Assembly: GCA_050943875.1 (NCBI GenBank)
Contig: JBMNPZ010000007.1
Coordinates: forward strand, 7,683-71,682
DNA: 64,000 nucleotides
Direction: 5' to 3'
From: Candidatus Limivicinus sp.
GTDB lineage: Bacteria > Bacillota > Clostridia > Oscillospirales > Oscillospiraceae
The notes under the pieces are model-generated. The model made no database searches and was not told where the DNA came from. It worked only from the letters and a program-made list of their open reading frames with translations. The position numbers were made by a program, and so were the translations under genes. The first letter of the stretch is position 1. Each line of letters begins with the position of its first letter. Positions 1 through 8,389 of the stretch are shown here, piece after piece.

Positions 1-118
1 AAGAACAGCCGAGACCGGCATTCTGGGCGATGGCCTTGCTGCCCACCGGCTCTGCAGTGCGGATGTATTCGTCCACAACAGCGGCAAGTATTTTCTTTTT
101 CCTATCGCTTATGGACAT
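1..118 (-). CDS. hrcA: Heat-inducible transcription repressor HrcA, N-terminal fragment (gene continues beyond window start)
   Basis: Reverse translation from ATG at 118: MSISDRKKKILAAVVDEYIRTAEPVGSKAIAQNAGLG, the typical HrcA winged-helix N-terminus. A CIRCE operator lies immediately upstream. Confidence 0.8.
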   Translation of the reverse strand, partial: MSISDRKKKILAAVVDEYIRTAEPVGSKAIAQNAGLGCS

Positions 119-139
119 TTTCTTACCTGCATCTCTCTT

Positions 140-189
140 TTAGCACTCAGGTGCCGTGACTGTTGGCACTCTTGTTCTTCGAGTGCTAA
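140..189 (-). promoter_or_regulatory. CIRCE operator (HrcA binding site) with an additional perfect half-site
   Basis: Minus strand reads TTAGCACTC-N9-GAGTGCCAA (189..163), matching the CIRCE consensus TTAGCACTC-N9-GAGTGCTAA with one mismatch. After 14 nt comes a further perfect arm GAGTGCTAA (148..140). Confidence 0.85.
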
Positions 190-216
190 TATAGCATTTG
201 CAGGCCCCTTTGTCAA
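188..216 (-). promoter_or_regulatory. Sigma-A type promoter of the hrcA operon
   Basis: Minus strand TTGACA (216..211), 17-nt spacer, TATATT (193..188). The -10 box overlaps the first arm of CIRCE. Confidence 0.6.
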
Positions 217-292
217 TAGTCTGCCGGTTTATAATAAGAAAATTCATATTTTATACACGAATAAATTAGACAGTGCTTATCCCTTAGTCTTA

Positions 293-321
293 TTTACAAA
301 AGTACCGCCGTACTGTATAAT
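293..321 (+). promoter_or_regulatory. Sigma-A type promoter of the MarR/MFS operon with an inverted repeat in the spacer
   Basis: TTTACA (293-298), 17-nt spacer, TATAAT (316-321). The spacer contains AGTAC-N4-GTACT (301-314). Confidence 0.55.
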
Positions 322-340
322 GTATAAGTAGAAATACGGG

Positions 341-787
341 GTGAGAAAAGTGTTGGAAAGAAGTTTTGTCAGCGTTTATGACAAGTTCAAGCTGCAGTTT
401 TACCGCCGGGTTTTCGAGCTGGTGCGGGAGCGGGAAGGCTCCCTCTCGGCCACGGAGGCCATATCTCTGGAGGTGATAAAGCTGCTGGACTACCCCACCG
501 TGGGGCAGTTTGCGGATTTCCTGAACATCTCCCAGTCCAATGCCACCTACAAGGTCAACAGCCTCATTAAAAAAGGCTATCTTGAGAGGCAGAACTCCCA
601 CACAGACAGGCGGGAGTATCACCTCATGCTCTCTGACAAGTACTACAAATATGCAAGGCTTTTAAGCGACTATCAGAGCACGGTGGTGGAGAGGGTCAGC
701 AGGCGTTTTCCCCCGGAGGATACGGAAAAACTGGATTCCATGCTGAGAATCATATCTGAGGAACTAATGCCCGAGTGCAGTAAATAA
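341..787 (+). CDS. MarR family transcriptional regulator
   Basis: 148 aa, with a winged-HTH pattern (LSATEAISLEVIKLLDYPTVGQFADFLNISQSNATYKVNSLIKKGYLER...DRREYHL). The start is uncertain: GTG at 341, or GTG/TTG at 350/353. Confidence 0.85.
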   Translation: MRKVLERSFVSVYDKFKLQFYRRVFELVREREGSLSATEAISLEVIKLLDYPTVGQFADFLNISQSNATYKVNSLIKKGYLERQNSHTDRREYHLMLSDKYYKYARLLSDYQSTVVERVSRRFPPEDTEKLDSMLRIISEELMPECSK

Positions 788-802
788 ATATGGAGGTTGC
801 TT

Positions 803-2239
803 ATGAGTAACGAAACACCGGACAATCAGGTCCGCACGCTGAAGCTGAACTATAAGCGCACCTGTCTTATAGGTTTCGCTTTCTTCGGTATCCTGCTGCT
901 GTGGCAGGTGTATGACTCCTGGTGCCCCACCTTCCTGACGGATATTTTTGCCCGCAGGATGTACGGGATATCCTCGGCCCAGCTCAAGGCCGGTGACCCT
1001 GCAAAGATTCTGAACGTCCAGTGGCTTGTGGGCATAATCATGGCCTGCGACAATCTGGCGGCTCTGATTCTTCTGCCCATTTTCGGAAATCTCTCCGACA
1101 GGACAAAGACGCCTATAGGCAAGCGCATGCCCTATATTCTCGTGGGCACCTTTGTGGTGGCTGTGGCCTTCCCCTTTATCCCGCTCTTTTTCCACTACAA
1201 CAATATTGCCGGAATGGTCGTCATGATGGCCATTGTCCTGATGTTCATGATGATGTACCGCAACCCCGCGGTCGCTCTTATGCCTGACATCACCCCCAAG
1301 CCCCTCAGGGCGAAGGCCAACGGCGTCATAAATATCATGGGCTATCTGGGGGGTGCGGCCGCCACGCTGCTTGGCATTTTCCTGAAGCTCAGCGACTACA
1401 TAAACGCGGCGGACGAGGCAAGGAAGCTCTGGATAATCGAGATTCCCTTCATTGTGGCCTCGGTGCTGATGGTCATCTCCGCGCTGGTGCTGTTCTTCAC
1501 CATAAAGGAGAATAAGCTGGAGGAGGAGATGCAGGGGGAGATGGAGCTGGGCGAAAAGCTCGCCGCGGTTGAAACCCCCATAGATGACAGCAAGCCCATG
1601 AGCAAAGCGAACCGCAATATGCTCTTTGCAATCCTGGCCGCGGAATTTCTCTGGTTCATGTCCGACAATGCTGTCGCCACCTATATCGGCAACTATGTCA
1701 TCTACTACCTGAACTCCGTGTCCAGCTCTACGATGTTCCTCACCATAATCGGCGGCGCCGCCTCGGTGATAGGCTTTGCCACGGCGGGCAGCATTGCGGA
1801 GAAGATAGGCCGGAAATGGACCATTGCCTCCGGACTTATGATAAGCGCCGTGGGACTTTTCGCCATGTGCTTTGTGGTCCCCTCCGGCAGGGTCGTGGGC
1901 GAGCACGGTGAATTTGCCTTCCCTGCCATGCTCTACGCCGTCTGGGCGGTGAAGGGCTTCGGCATGGCCCTTGTCCACAACTGCTCCTTCCCCATGGTGG
2001 TGGAGCTCTGCTCCTCAAAGAAGATCGGCAAATTCACAGGCTATTACTACACGGCCAGCATGTCCGCCCAGACTGTCACCCCCGTGCTGCTGGGCCTGGT
2101 GTTCGACTTTACAGGCGCATGGAGGGCTCTGCCGGTCTACGCCTCGGTTCTCATTGCGGCAAGCTGCCTTGTGTTCTCCCTCCTGGTGAAAAATATCCGG
2201 GCCGGCGGTGCAAAGGTCTCCGAAGCTGCCGCAGACTGA
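803..2239 (+). CDS. MFS transporter (GPH/SLC45-like, 12 TM)
   Basis: Highly hydrophobic ORF with a long central loop. GGAGG lies 7 nt upstream of ATG 803 (the track ORF starts at TTG 797). It directly follows the MarR gene. Confidence 0.85.
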   Translation: MSNETPDNQVRTLKLNYKRTCLIGFAFFGILLLWQVYDSWCPTFLTDIFARRMYGISSAQLKAGDPAKILNVQWLVGIIMACDNLAALILLPIFGNLSDRTKTPIGKRMPYILVGTFVVAVAFPFIPLFFHYNNIAGMVVMMAIVLMFMMMYRNPAVALMPDITPKPLRAKANGVINIMGYLGGAAATLLGIFLKLSDYINAADEARKLWIIEIPFIVASVLMVISALVLFFTIKENKLEEEMQGEMELGEKLAAVETPIDDSKPMSKANRNMLFAILAAEFLWFMSDNAVATYIGNYVIYYLNSVSSSTMFLTIIGGAASVIGFATAGSIAEKIGRKWTIASGLMISAVGLFAMCFVVPSGRVVGEHGEFAFPAMLYAVWAVKGFGMALVHNCSFPMVVELCSSKKIGKFTGYYYTASMSAQTVTPVLLGLVFDFTGAWRALPVYASVLIAASCLVFSLLVKNIRAGGAKVSEAAAD

Positions 2240-2308
2240 GATATTTTCTCTGATTCAGGTATAAAATAATAAACTCTTAAATATACTTTAAGATGGAGGG
2301 ATGAGTCA

Positions 2309-3133
2309 ATGAACAAAAAACTTGCACTTACTGCCGGCACTGCAGCGGCGGCTGCGGCTGCGCTGCCTCTTCTGATGCTGGCCCCCGGCAGGGCTACCAG
2401 GCGGCAGAAGGCCCCCTTTATGGGTCTCAACTGCGCACACCGGGGCCTCCACAGCAGGGATATGAAGGTGCCTGAAAATTCCATCGAGGCCTTCCGTCTT
2501 GCCGCCGAGGCAGGCTACGGAATAGAGCTGGATGTGCAGCTGTCAAAGGACGGCCAGGTGGTGGTCTTCCACGACGACACACTGGACAGGGTCTGCGGCA
2601 TCCGCTCAAGGGTGGATGAGAAGGACTACAGCGAGCTTCGCGCCCTCAGTCTCTGCGGCAGTGAGTACGGCATCCCCCTCTTTACCGAGGTCCTCAGCAC
2701 AGTCCACGGCAGGAGCCCGATTATCGTGGAGCTGAAGACCGGAAAGCACAACAGGGAGCTGTGCGAAAAGACCTGCCGCATACTCTCGGAGTACCGGGGA
2801 GAAGTGTGCGTCGAGAGCTTTGACCCCAGAATTGTGGCCTGGTTCCGCTTCCACGCAAAGGATCTTCTCCGGGGTCAGCTGGCGGCACCCACCTGCGACT
2901 ACGCCTCCAAGGCCTCACCCTCCCTTGTAAAGCTGATGAGTCACTGCTGGCTCAACTTCCTGGGCCGCCCCCAGTTTATATCCTACAAGATAGGCCGCAG
3001 ATACTTCTCCGTGCATCTGGCGGAGCTGATGGGCGCAATGCGGGTGGGCTGGACCTCCCACGACCCCAGAAATGAAAAGAAGAGAGACACCGTTATATTT
3101 GAATTCTACAAGCCCCGCATCAGATTCAAATAA
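2309..3133 (+). CDS. Glycerophosphodiester phosphodiesterase family protein with an N-terminal signal/anchor
   Basis: GDPD motifs HRG...ENSIEAF...GIELDVQLSKDGQVVVFHDDTLDR. RBS GGAGGG sits upstream. Confidence 0.85.
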   Translation: MNKKLALTAGTAAAAAAALPLLMLAPGRATRRQKAPFMGLNCAHRGLHSRDMKVPENSIEAFRLAAEAGYGIELDVQLSKDGQVVVFHDDTLDRVCGIRSRVDEKDYSELRALSLCGSEYGIPLFTEVLSTVHGRSPIIVELKTGKHNRELCEKTCRILSEYRGEVCVESFDPRIVAWFRFHAKDLLRGQLAAPTCDYASKASPSLVKLMSHCWLNFLGRPQFISYKIGRRYFSVHLAELMGAMRVGWTSHDPRNEKKRDTVIFEFYKPRIRFK

Positions 3134-3163
3134 AATATTCACTATTCAAATACAATTCGTAAA

Positions 3164-3191
3164 AATTCCCCTGCCGGCAGGCAGGGGAATT
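3164..3191. terminator. Bidirectional rho-independent terminator between convergent genes
   Basis: AATTCCCCTGCC-GGCA-GGCAGGGGAATT, flanked by an A-run and a T-run. Confidence 0.7.
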
Positions 3192-3204
3192 TTTCGTTAT
3201 AGAA

Positions 3205-4662
3205 TTATTTTTCTTCTGGCTCTGTGAGATCTTCGGGAAGGACTGTCATAAGTTCTTCCTTACCTGGGTTCTCCATGGCGGCGACACGGTTGGACTGGCG
3301 GACCACCATGTCCTCAAAGCAGTTTCTCACGTCGCGGCCGTTGCCGAAGTTGTCGCCCCTGTTCTCATAGAGACTTGTAAAGAGCTCCGCGGCCTTCTTT
3401 TCCGCCGCCTCACTGAGCTTGTATCCGTTCTTTTTGCACCTTATGCGGAATATGCCCATGAGCTCCTCCCCGTTGTAATCCGGGAAAAAGAAATATTTGT
3501 TAAAGCGGGATTCCAGGCCCGGATTGGAATTTATGAACTCCTTCATGGGGCCGGTGTAGCCCGCGACTATAATCACGAGATCGTCCCTGTGGTCCTCCAT
3601 GGCCTTCAGTATTGTCTCTATCGCCTCACGGCCAAAGTCATTCTCCCCGCCTGAGGAGAGGGAATAGGCCTCATCTATAAAGAGGACGCCCCCCAGTGCG
3701 GATTTTATGACCTCCTGAGTTTTAAGGGCAGTCTGACCCACATAGCCCGCCACAAGGCCGGAGCGGTCCACCTCCACCAGCTGGCCCTTGCTCAGCACGC
3801 CTATTGAGGCGTAGAGCCCGCTTATGAGCCTTGCCACGGTGGTCTTGCCTGTGCCGGGGTTGCCGGTAAACACCATATGGAGGGACATGTCCGGCACCGG
3901 CAGCTCATTTTTCTCCCGGAGCTTCCGGACTTTCACCAGATTTATAAGGTTTTTTACATCTTTTTTCACCTGCTCCAGCCCCACAAGGGAGTTGAGCTGC
4001 TCCATAAGCTCATCAAAATCGGGCTTCTCCTGCTTTTCCTCCTGTGTCTGCTTTCCGCCCCTGTCCCGACTTCCGCCGGTCTGGGTCTGGGGTTTGTACC
4101 TGTCGATAAAGCCCGGCTCTCCGCTGGTGACAAAGTCCAGAGGGTTCAGGGCCGCCTGGGATTTCACCACACCGCAGCTGTCGCAGATGGCGCCCAGCTT
4201 GTCCCCGCACTCGGTGATAAACTCGGCCTCGCCGTAGTTCACGTCATCGTCCACCGCGGCAAGGTACAGAAGGATATTGGTGAGCATGCGGATGAAGGTG
4301 CGGGAGGCGCAGGTGCCCCGCTTTGCATCCGACTCCGCAAGATTCCAGTAGAAGACCGGCGGCATGAAGGGCTCATCCTTGCACACCGAGCTAGTGAGTC
4401 CCCAGAGCATCCACTGGGGTCTGGGCTGGTTGCGGGAATATATCTCATTTGCCAGGTCCACATGGCGCTGGCTTATAGAGGCCGCCCGGCTCCAGAGCTG
4501 CAGGGCGCAGCCGGTCATAAATTCGTCCAGCTCCTTTGCCATGTCGCTGCCGCTGAGCCGGTAAAAAGCGTCGGTATTGGCAATATATATCTTGTGAAAG
4601 TCCTCAGGACTGCGATTCCATGTTGTGGGCATAGTCGGCACCTCGCTGTTTTTATTTATCAT
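3205..4662 (-). CDS. AAA+ ATPase of the SpoVK/CbbX/EccA-like clade with a ~200-aa N-terminal domain of unknown function
   Basis: Walker A GNPGTGKTT, Walker B VLFIDEAY and a conserved C-terminal lid. A better RBS (GAGGTG) precedes Met11 at 4632, so the true start may be 4632. Confidence 0.85.
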   Translation of the reverse strand: MINKNSEVPTMPTTWNRSPEDFHKIYIANTDAFYRLSGSDMAKELDEFMTGCALQLWSRAASISQRHVDLANEIYSRNQPRPQWMLWGLTSSVCKDEPFMPPVFYWNLAESDAKRGTCASRTFIRMLTNILLYLAAVDDDVNYGEAEFITECGDKLGAICDSCGVVKSQAALNPLDFVTSGEPGFIDRYKPQTQTGGSRDRGGKQTQEEKQEKPDFDELMEQLNSLVGLEQVKKDVKNLINLVKVRKLREKNELPVPDMSLHMVFTGNPGTGKTTVARLISGLYASIGVLSKGQLVEVDRSGLVAGYVGQTALKTQEVIKSALGGVLFIDEAYSLSSGGENDFGREAIETILKAMEDHRDDLVIIVAGYTGPMKEFINSNPGLESRFNKYFFFPDYNGEELMGIFRIRCKKNGYKLSEAAEKKAAELFTSLYENRGDNFGNGRDVRNCFEDMVVRQSNRVAAMENPGKEELMTVLPEDLTEPEEK

Positions 4663-4769
4663 CCTAATTATATAGTAAATTGCTCAGGGGTCAAGAGAAA
4701 AGCGCCGGGGAGAAGCTCAAATTGTTCTCCCCGGCGCATCTTTTGCATATCTGCCGCCGTGAACCTTCC

Positions 4770-4928
4770 TCAGGGCTTCATCCCCGGCGGCCTGAAGCGG
4801 ACCGCGGCACTCCCCGGCTCCCGCTCCGGCATGAGCTTTATATTTTTCGGGAGCTCCCCCCTGCCCCGCTCCACCCTCGCCCAGACCGGGCAGAAGTTCT
4901 CAAGCTCTTTTTTGAAATCTCTTTCCAT
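4770..4928 (-). CDS. Candidate small ORF (52 aa) followed by a strong hairpin
   Basis: My own translation: MERDFKKELENFCPVWARVERGRGELPKNIKLMPEREPGSAAVRFRPPGMKP. GGGGAG lies 9 nt upstream. A 12-bp stem hairpin at 4704-4737 with a T-run follows on the same strand. It could be chance in GC-rich DNA. Confidence 0.2.
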   Translation of the reverse strand: MERDFKKELENFCPVWARVERGRGELPKNIKLMPEREPGSAAVRFRPPGMKP

Positions 4929-5037
4929 GTCAACCGGCTCCCCGTATTATTTTCCTCTCCATACTATGCCTGCTCTTGCAATGGAGTGAAAACTGTGCGA
5001 TAATATATTTTATTAAATGTATGCGGAGGGTCAGATT

Positions 5038-5769
5038 ATGCCCAGATTTTTTATGGCAGGCACCAATATTCTCGGCGGCATGGCAATAATGAAGGGCCGT
5101 GATGCAGAGCATGTCCATGTTCTGCGTATGCGTCCCGGTGAAGATATGATAATCTGCGACGGTCAGGGCACCGACTACAAATGCCGGCTTGTGAAGGCCG
5201 ACAAGGAAGAGGTGGAGGCCGAGGTTCTGGAGGTCGTAAAGTGCCCCGCAGAGCCCGACTGCAAGGTCACGGTTCTCTGCGCCCTGCCCAAGGGTGACAA
5301 GACCGACTATATCATCCAGAAATGTGTTGAGGCCGGGGCATATGAGATAATGTTCTTCAATTCCTCCCGCTGCATTGCCAAAAAAGGCGGCGACCCGAAG
5401 AAGCTGGAGCGCTGGCAGCGGATTTCCGAAGAGGCCGCAAAGCAGTCCGGTCGGGGTATAATCCCCCAGGTGAGCTGGGCGGGTGAACTGGCCGATGCCT
5501 TCAACGTGTCCGTGAAGAAGGAGCTGGGTCTCTTTATGTACGAGACCGGAGAGAGAGAGGCTCTCAATGAGGTCCTGGATGCCAATGCCGGCATAAAGAC
5601 CGCCGCAATTATCACCGGACCCGAGGGGGGCTTTGAGCAGTTTGAGGCCGACCTCGCACGGGCCGTGGGCATGCACATCTGCTCCATGGGGGAGAGAATC
5701 CTCCGCTGTGAGACGGCGCCTGTTGTGGCCCTAACCGCCGCCATGTACGCCACCGGCAATCTCTCCTGA
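5038..5769 (+). CDS. rsmE: 16S rRNA (uracil1498-N3)-methyltransferase RsmE
   Basis: Starts MPRFF and has a PUA-like N-terminus. The C-terminal SPOUT motif is ITGPEGGF...E and RILRCETA. GGAGGG RBS lies before ATG 5038. Confidence 0.85.
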   Translation: MPRFFMAGTNILGGMAIMKGRDAEHVHVLRMRPGEDMIICDGQGTDYKCRLVKADKEEVEAEVLEVVKCPAEPDCKVTVLCALPKGDKTDYIIQKCVEAGAYEIMFFNSSRCIAKKGGDPKKLERWQRISEEAAKQSGRGIIPQVSWAGELADAFNVSVKKELGLFMYETGEREALNEVLDANAGIKTAAIITGPEGGFEQFEADLARAVGMHICSMGERILRCETAPVVALTAAMYATGNLS

Positions 5770-5789
5770 TTATCCTAATCTGAGATATA

Positions 5790-5825
5790 ATCCCTCTGTT
5801 AAGTTTGATGACAGAGGGATTTTTT
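5790..5825 (+). terminator. Rho-independent terminator of rsmE
   Basis: ATCCCTCTGT-N11-ACAGAGGGAT followed by TTTTT. Confidence 0.75.
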
Positions 5826-6020
5826 GTGGAATTTTCGAAACAACGGCGGCCATTTTCCGTCATAATATACAGGCGGCAGCATTCGAATTTCAGCCCCGAA
5901 AACGCTGTTTTTATCCCTGCCTCCCCTGGGCAGAGAGGCAGTGCGGAAGTCCGCATATTCCGCTTTTTACCCCGAAGTGGGGAATGTACTCCATTTATGT
6001 AAAAGAATAGAGCTGTAAGA

Positions 6021-6050
6021 TTGACTCGAATGGTTTTTCCGTGCTATAAT
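6021..6050 (+). promoter_or_regulatory. Sigma-A type promoter upstream of the zinc-ribbon gene
   Basis: TTGACT (6021-6026), 18-nt spacer, TGC-TATAAT (extended -10; 6045-6050). Confidence 0.5.
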
Positions 6051-6109
6051 ACGCTCGTAAAGTTTCGATTAAAAGTCTTTGATGATTCTATAGAAAGACA
6101 GGTGTCATT

Positions 6110-6937
6110 ATGATTTGCAAATACTGCGGAAACACGATTGATTCCAACGCCGTGACCTGCCCCTACTGCGGCAGCAAGCTTGCAGACTACGATGCAGCGG
6201 ATGACTATGATAATTACGGCCAAAATGGCGGATATGCTCAGGATGACGGTTATACAGATGATGACGGCTACGCCCAGGATGAGGGCTATGATGATGAAGA
6301 GGCCCAGGCCTATGTGAGTCCCAAGAAAAAATCCCACGGCCTGAAGGTGCCGAATATTCCCCTCTCCACCATTATCTCCATTGCCAGTGCGATTTTCAGC
6401 TTTATCTGTCTCCTCACTGTCAGCTCCATGAAGGCAAGCCTCAGGGACAGCTCCGACAGGATGATCTCCGGCCTCGGCCAGATTCAGACCAGTGCTGTCG
6501 CCCTTGAGGACAGAATAAGCAGCATGGAGGCCGCCGTGGCCTCAGCCCAGAGCGACGCCTACAATCAGCTGGCAAGCCAGAACATCTCCATCACCAAGGA
6601 TATCACCAGCCTCACCGGCCCCGTGTCCATGGGCAAGTACAACCAGATGTTTATCGTAAAGGCCAAGGGCAATCTGGATATGAATACCTCCTTTGACTGG
6701 CAGAAATACAACGAGGCCACCAACGGCTGGGTCTCCATAGTCTTTACCGGCAAGGCCACCTCCAACGATGAGTACGGTCTCCGTATCGAGAATAAAGTGG
6801 AAGCCGGAGAATATATCTCCGTACTGTGGGCCAACGGCATCACCTCCTCCGGTGCCGGCACCTACCGCTGTGTCATCACCGATACCAGCGGCATCAAAAA
6901 GACCAGCAGCGAAGCGATTGTCCAGGTATCAGACTGA
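6110..6937 (+). CDS. Zinc-ribbon membrane protein: N-terminal CxxC...CxxC ribbon, acidic D/Y repeat, one TM helix, coiled coil, C-terminal Ig-like domain
   Basis: CKYCGNTIDSNAVTCPYCGSKL, then repeated DDGY/DEGY units. The TM helix is IPLSTIISIASAIFSFICLLTVSS. The C-terminus has W...GEY...GAGTYRCVITD, an Ig-like YxC signature. Confidence 0.75.
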   Translation: MICKYCGNTIDSNAVTCPYCGSKLADYDAADDYDNYGQNGGYAQDDGYTDDDGYAQDEGYDDEEAQAYVSPKKKSHGLKVPNIPLSTIISIASAIFSFICLLTVSSMKASLRDSSDRMISGLGQIQTSAVALEDRISSMEAAVASAQSDAYNQLASQNISITKDITSLTGPVSMGKYNQMFIVKAKGNLDMNTSFDWQKYNEATNGWVSIVFTGKATSNDEYGLRIENKVEAGEYISVLWANGITSSGAGTYRCVITDTSGIKKTSSEAIVQVSD

Positions 6938-7009
6938 TTCTGACGCTTTTGTCCGGGACAGTCAGATATAATATGTCCTGCAGTATTCCATATGAACGGA
7001 GGAAGTTCA

Positions 7010-7561
7010 ATGGCTCTCGATGAAAACCTCTCCGAGACATTCGGTCTGGAGATAGTAAAGAAGAAATATTACAATGCCAACAAGGTCCGCTCTGTCCTGC
7101 TGGACCTGCTGAGGCAGATAAAGGCCCTCAAGGATGAAAACCACCGGCTCAGCGAGAGGGTGGCGGCTCTATCAGGGCAGAAGGATGATATAAGCGAGGC
7201 CGTAATGTCGGCCCAGCGCATGTCCAGAGATATTGTCAGTAAGGCCAACAGACAGGCCGATGAGATTGTGGAGGATGCCCGCAGCCAGCGGCAGAGGCTT
7301 CTGAATCTCAATGTCCGTCAGCAGGAAGAGACCATTGCGAAAGTCGAAAACGGCTTCAGGGAGCTGAAAGAGCAGCACATGGCCGCCATAGAGAAGTTCA
7401 ATCTCCAGTGGCAGGAATTTCTCTGCGGGCTCAATGAGGACGAGCTCCGGCCGGCAGATCCCCTGTCCTATGAATATGCCGACGGGCTCCCCTGTGACCT
7501 GCATGAAAAGGTGGACAGCATCGCAAAGGAGATGCAGGACATCAGCGCACTGGATGACTGA
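7010..7561 (+). CDS. DivIVA domain-containing coiled-coil protein
   Basis: The N-terminus resembles the DivIVA lipid-binding domain (FGLEIVKKKYYNANKVRSVLLDL), followed by a long coiled coil. GGAGGAAG RBS lies before ATG 7010 (the track ORF starts at 6992). Confidence 0.75.
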   Translation: MALDENLSETFGLEIVKKKYYNANKVRSVLLDLLRQIKALKDENHRLSERVAALSGQKDDISEAVMSAQRMSRDIVSKANRQADEIVEDARSQRQRLLNLNVRQQEETIAKVENGFRELKEQHMAAIEKFNLQWQEFLCGLNEDELRPADPLSYEYADGLPCDLHEKVDSIAKEMQDISALDD

Positions 7562-7670
7562 CCGGGCCCTGCTGAGCTTAGGTTTTTAAAAAATCAGCCG
7601 GGTGCAGACTGCGCCCGGCCGGATTGTGCTTTTTAATTTTTCACTGCCTTGGCACTCTGTATGCGGCAGC

Positions 7671-8147
7671 TCAGATTGGAGAGTCCGTAAGACTGCGGAG
7701 CATGGCCCTGCAGCCCTCTTCTATCTCCTTCAGTGCAAGATCAAAATTGCGGGTATACCAGGGGTCGGCAATCTCCGCACCCTTTCTGCCTGCATAGTCT
7801 GAGAGGTTTCTTAGCTTTCCCTGCGGGTCGCCGGAGTAAAATCTCTCCAGATAATATTTGTTTTCCCTGTCCATGCTGACGATGAGATCGTAGTATTCAT
7901 AATCGGCCTTTGTCATCTGTCTGGCTCTTTTGCCGCTGCAGTCAATGCCCCGGGCCTCCAGAAGCTCCCTTGCGGGAGGATAGACGCCCGAGCCGATCTC
8001 CTCGGTACTTGTGGCGGCGGAGGCGATTTCAAATCTGTCCTCCAGTCCCCCGTCCTGCACCAGTTTTTTCATTATAAACTCCGCAGTGGGGCTCCGGCAT
8101 ATATTTCCGTGGCAGATAAACAGTATTTTTGTCTTTCCCTTTTTCAT
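7671..8147 (-). CDS. Low-molecular-weight protein-tyrosine phosphatase
   Basis: Active-site P-loop ILFICHGNICRSP and a downstream DP motif (IADPWY). Confidence 0.9.
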   Translation of the reverse strand: MKKGKTKILFICHGNICRSPTAEFIMKKLVQDGGLEDRFEIASAATSTEEIGSGVYPPARELLEARGIDCSGKRARQMTKADYEYYDLIVSMDRENKYYLERFYSGDPQGKLRNLSDYAGRKGAEIADPWYTRNFDLALKEIEEGCRAMLRSLTDSPI

Positions 8148-8389
8148 AGAACTCCCCTAATTTGAAAATTATTCTGCTCCGGGCAGGTTTTTCTCCCGGA
8201 TATTATAGCACAGCCGCGGCGATACCGAAAGCGCCCTTTCTCCCGCCGCATATTGGATCTGCCGTCGTCAGGTTATTTCACTTTATGTGATTTAGTCACG
8301 GTAAATCCCGGTCTGTTCGGTTATATTAAGGTCACAGCAGACAAACTACGACTTTAATAATAAATAAACAAAAAATTGGAGGTAATACA

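Noticed and set aside
764-1978. Very long antisense ORFs opposite clearly real genes. Examples: 764-1978(-), 9005-10093(+), 18168-19574(+), 30987-32138(-), 36973-38319(-), 40905-41978(-), 29625-30467(-), 54433-55482(-), 61714-62697(+).
   Set aside because: Each lies in the mirror frame of a gene with strong family motifs. Their translations are Gly/Ala/His/Arg/Asp-rich and low in complexity, with no RBS or recognisable domains. This is the expected artefact of high GC3 bias suppressing stop codons on the opposite strand.
4680-5003. 107-aa plus-strand ORF in the AAA+/rsmE spacer
   Set aside because: It is a Pro/Arg-rich low-complexity translation with no RBS, and it runs through the strong hairpin. 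It is a typical GC-rich spurious frame.
8286-8300. CRP/FNR- or Rex-like site TGTGA-N5-TCACG upstream of rubrerythrin
   Set aside because: The spacing is 5 nt, not the required 6. The right arm is imperfect and the flanks do not extend the palindrome, so this is likely chance.
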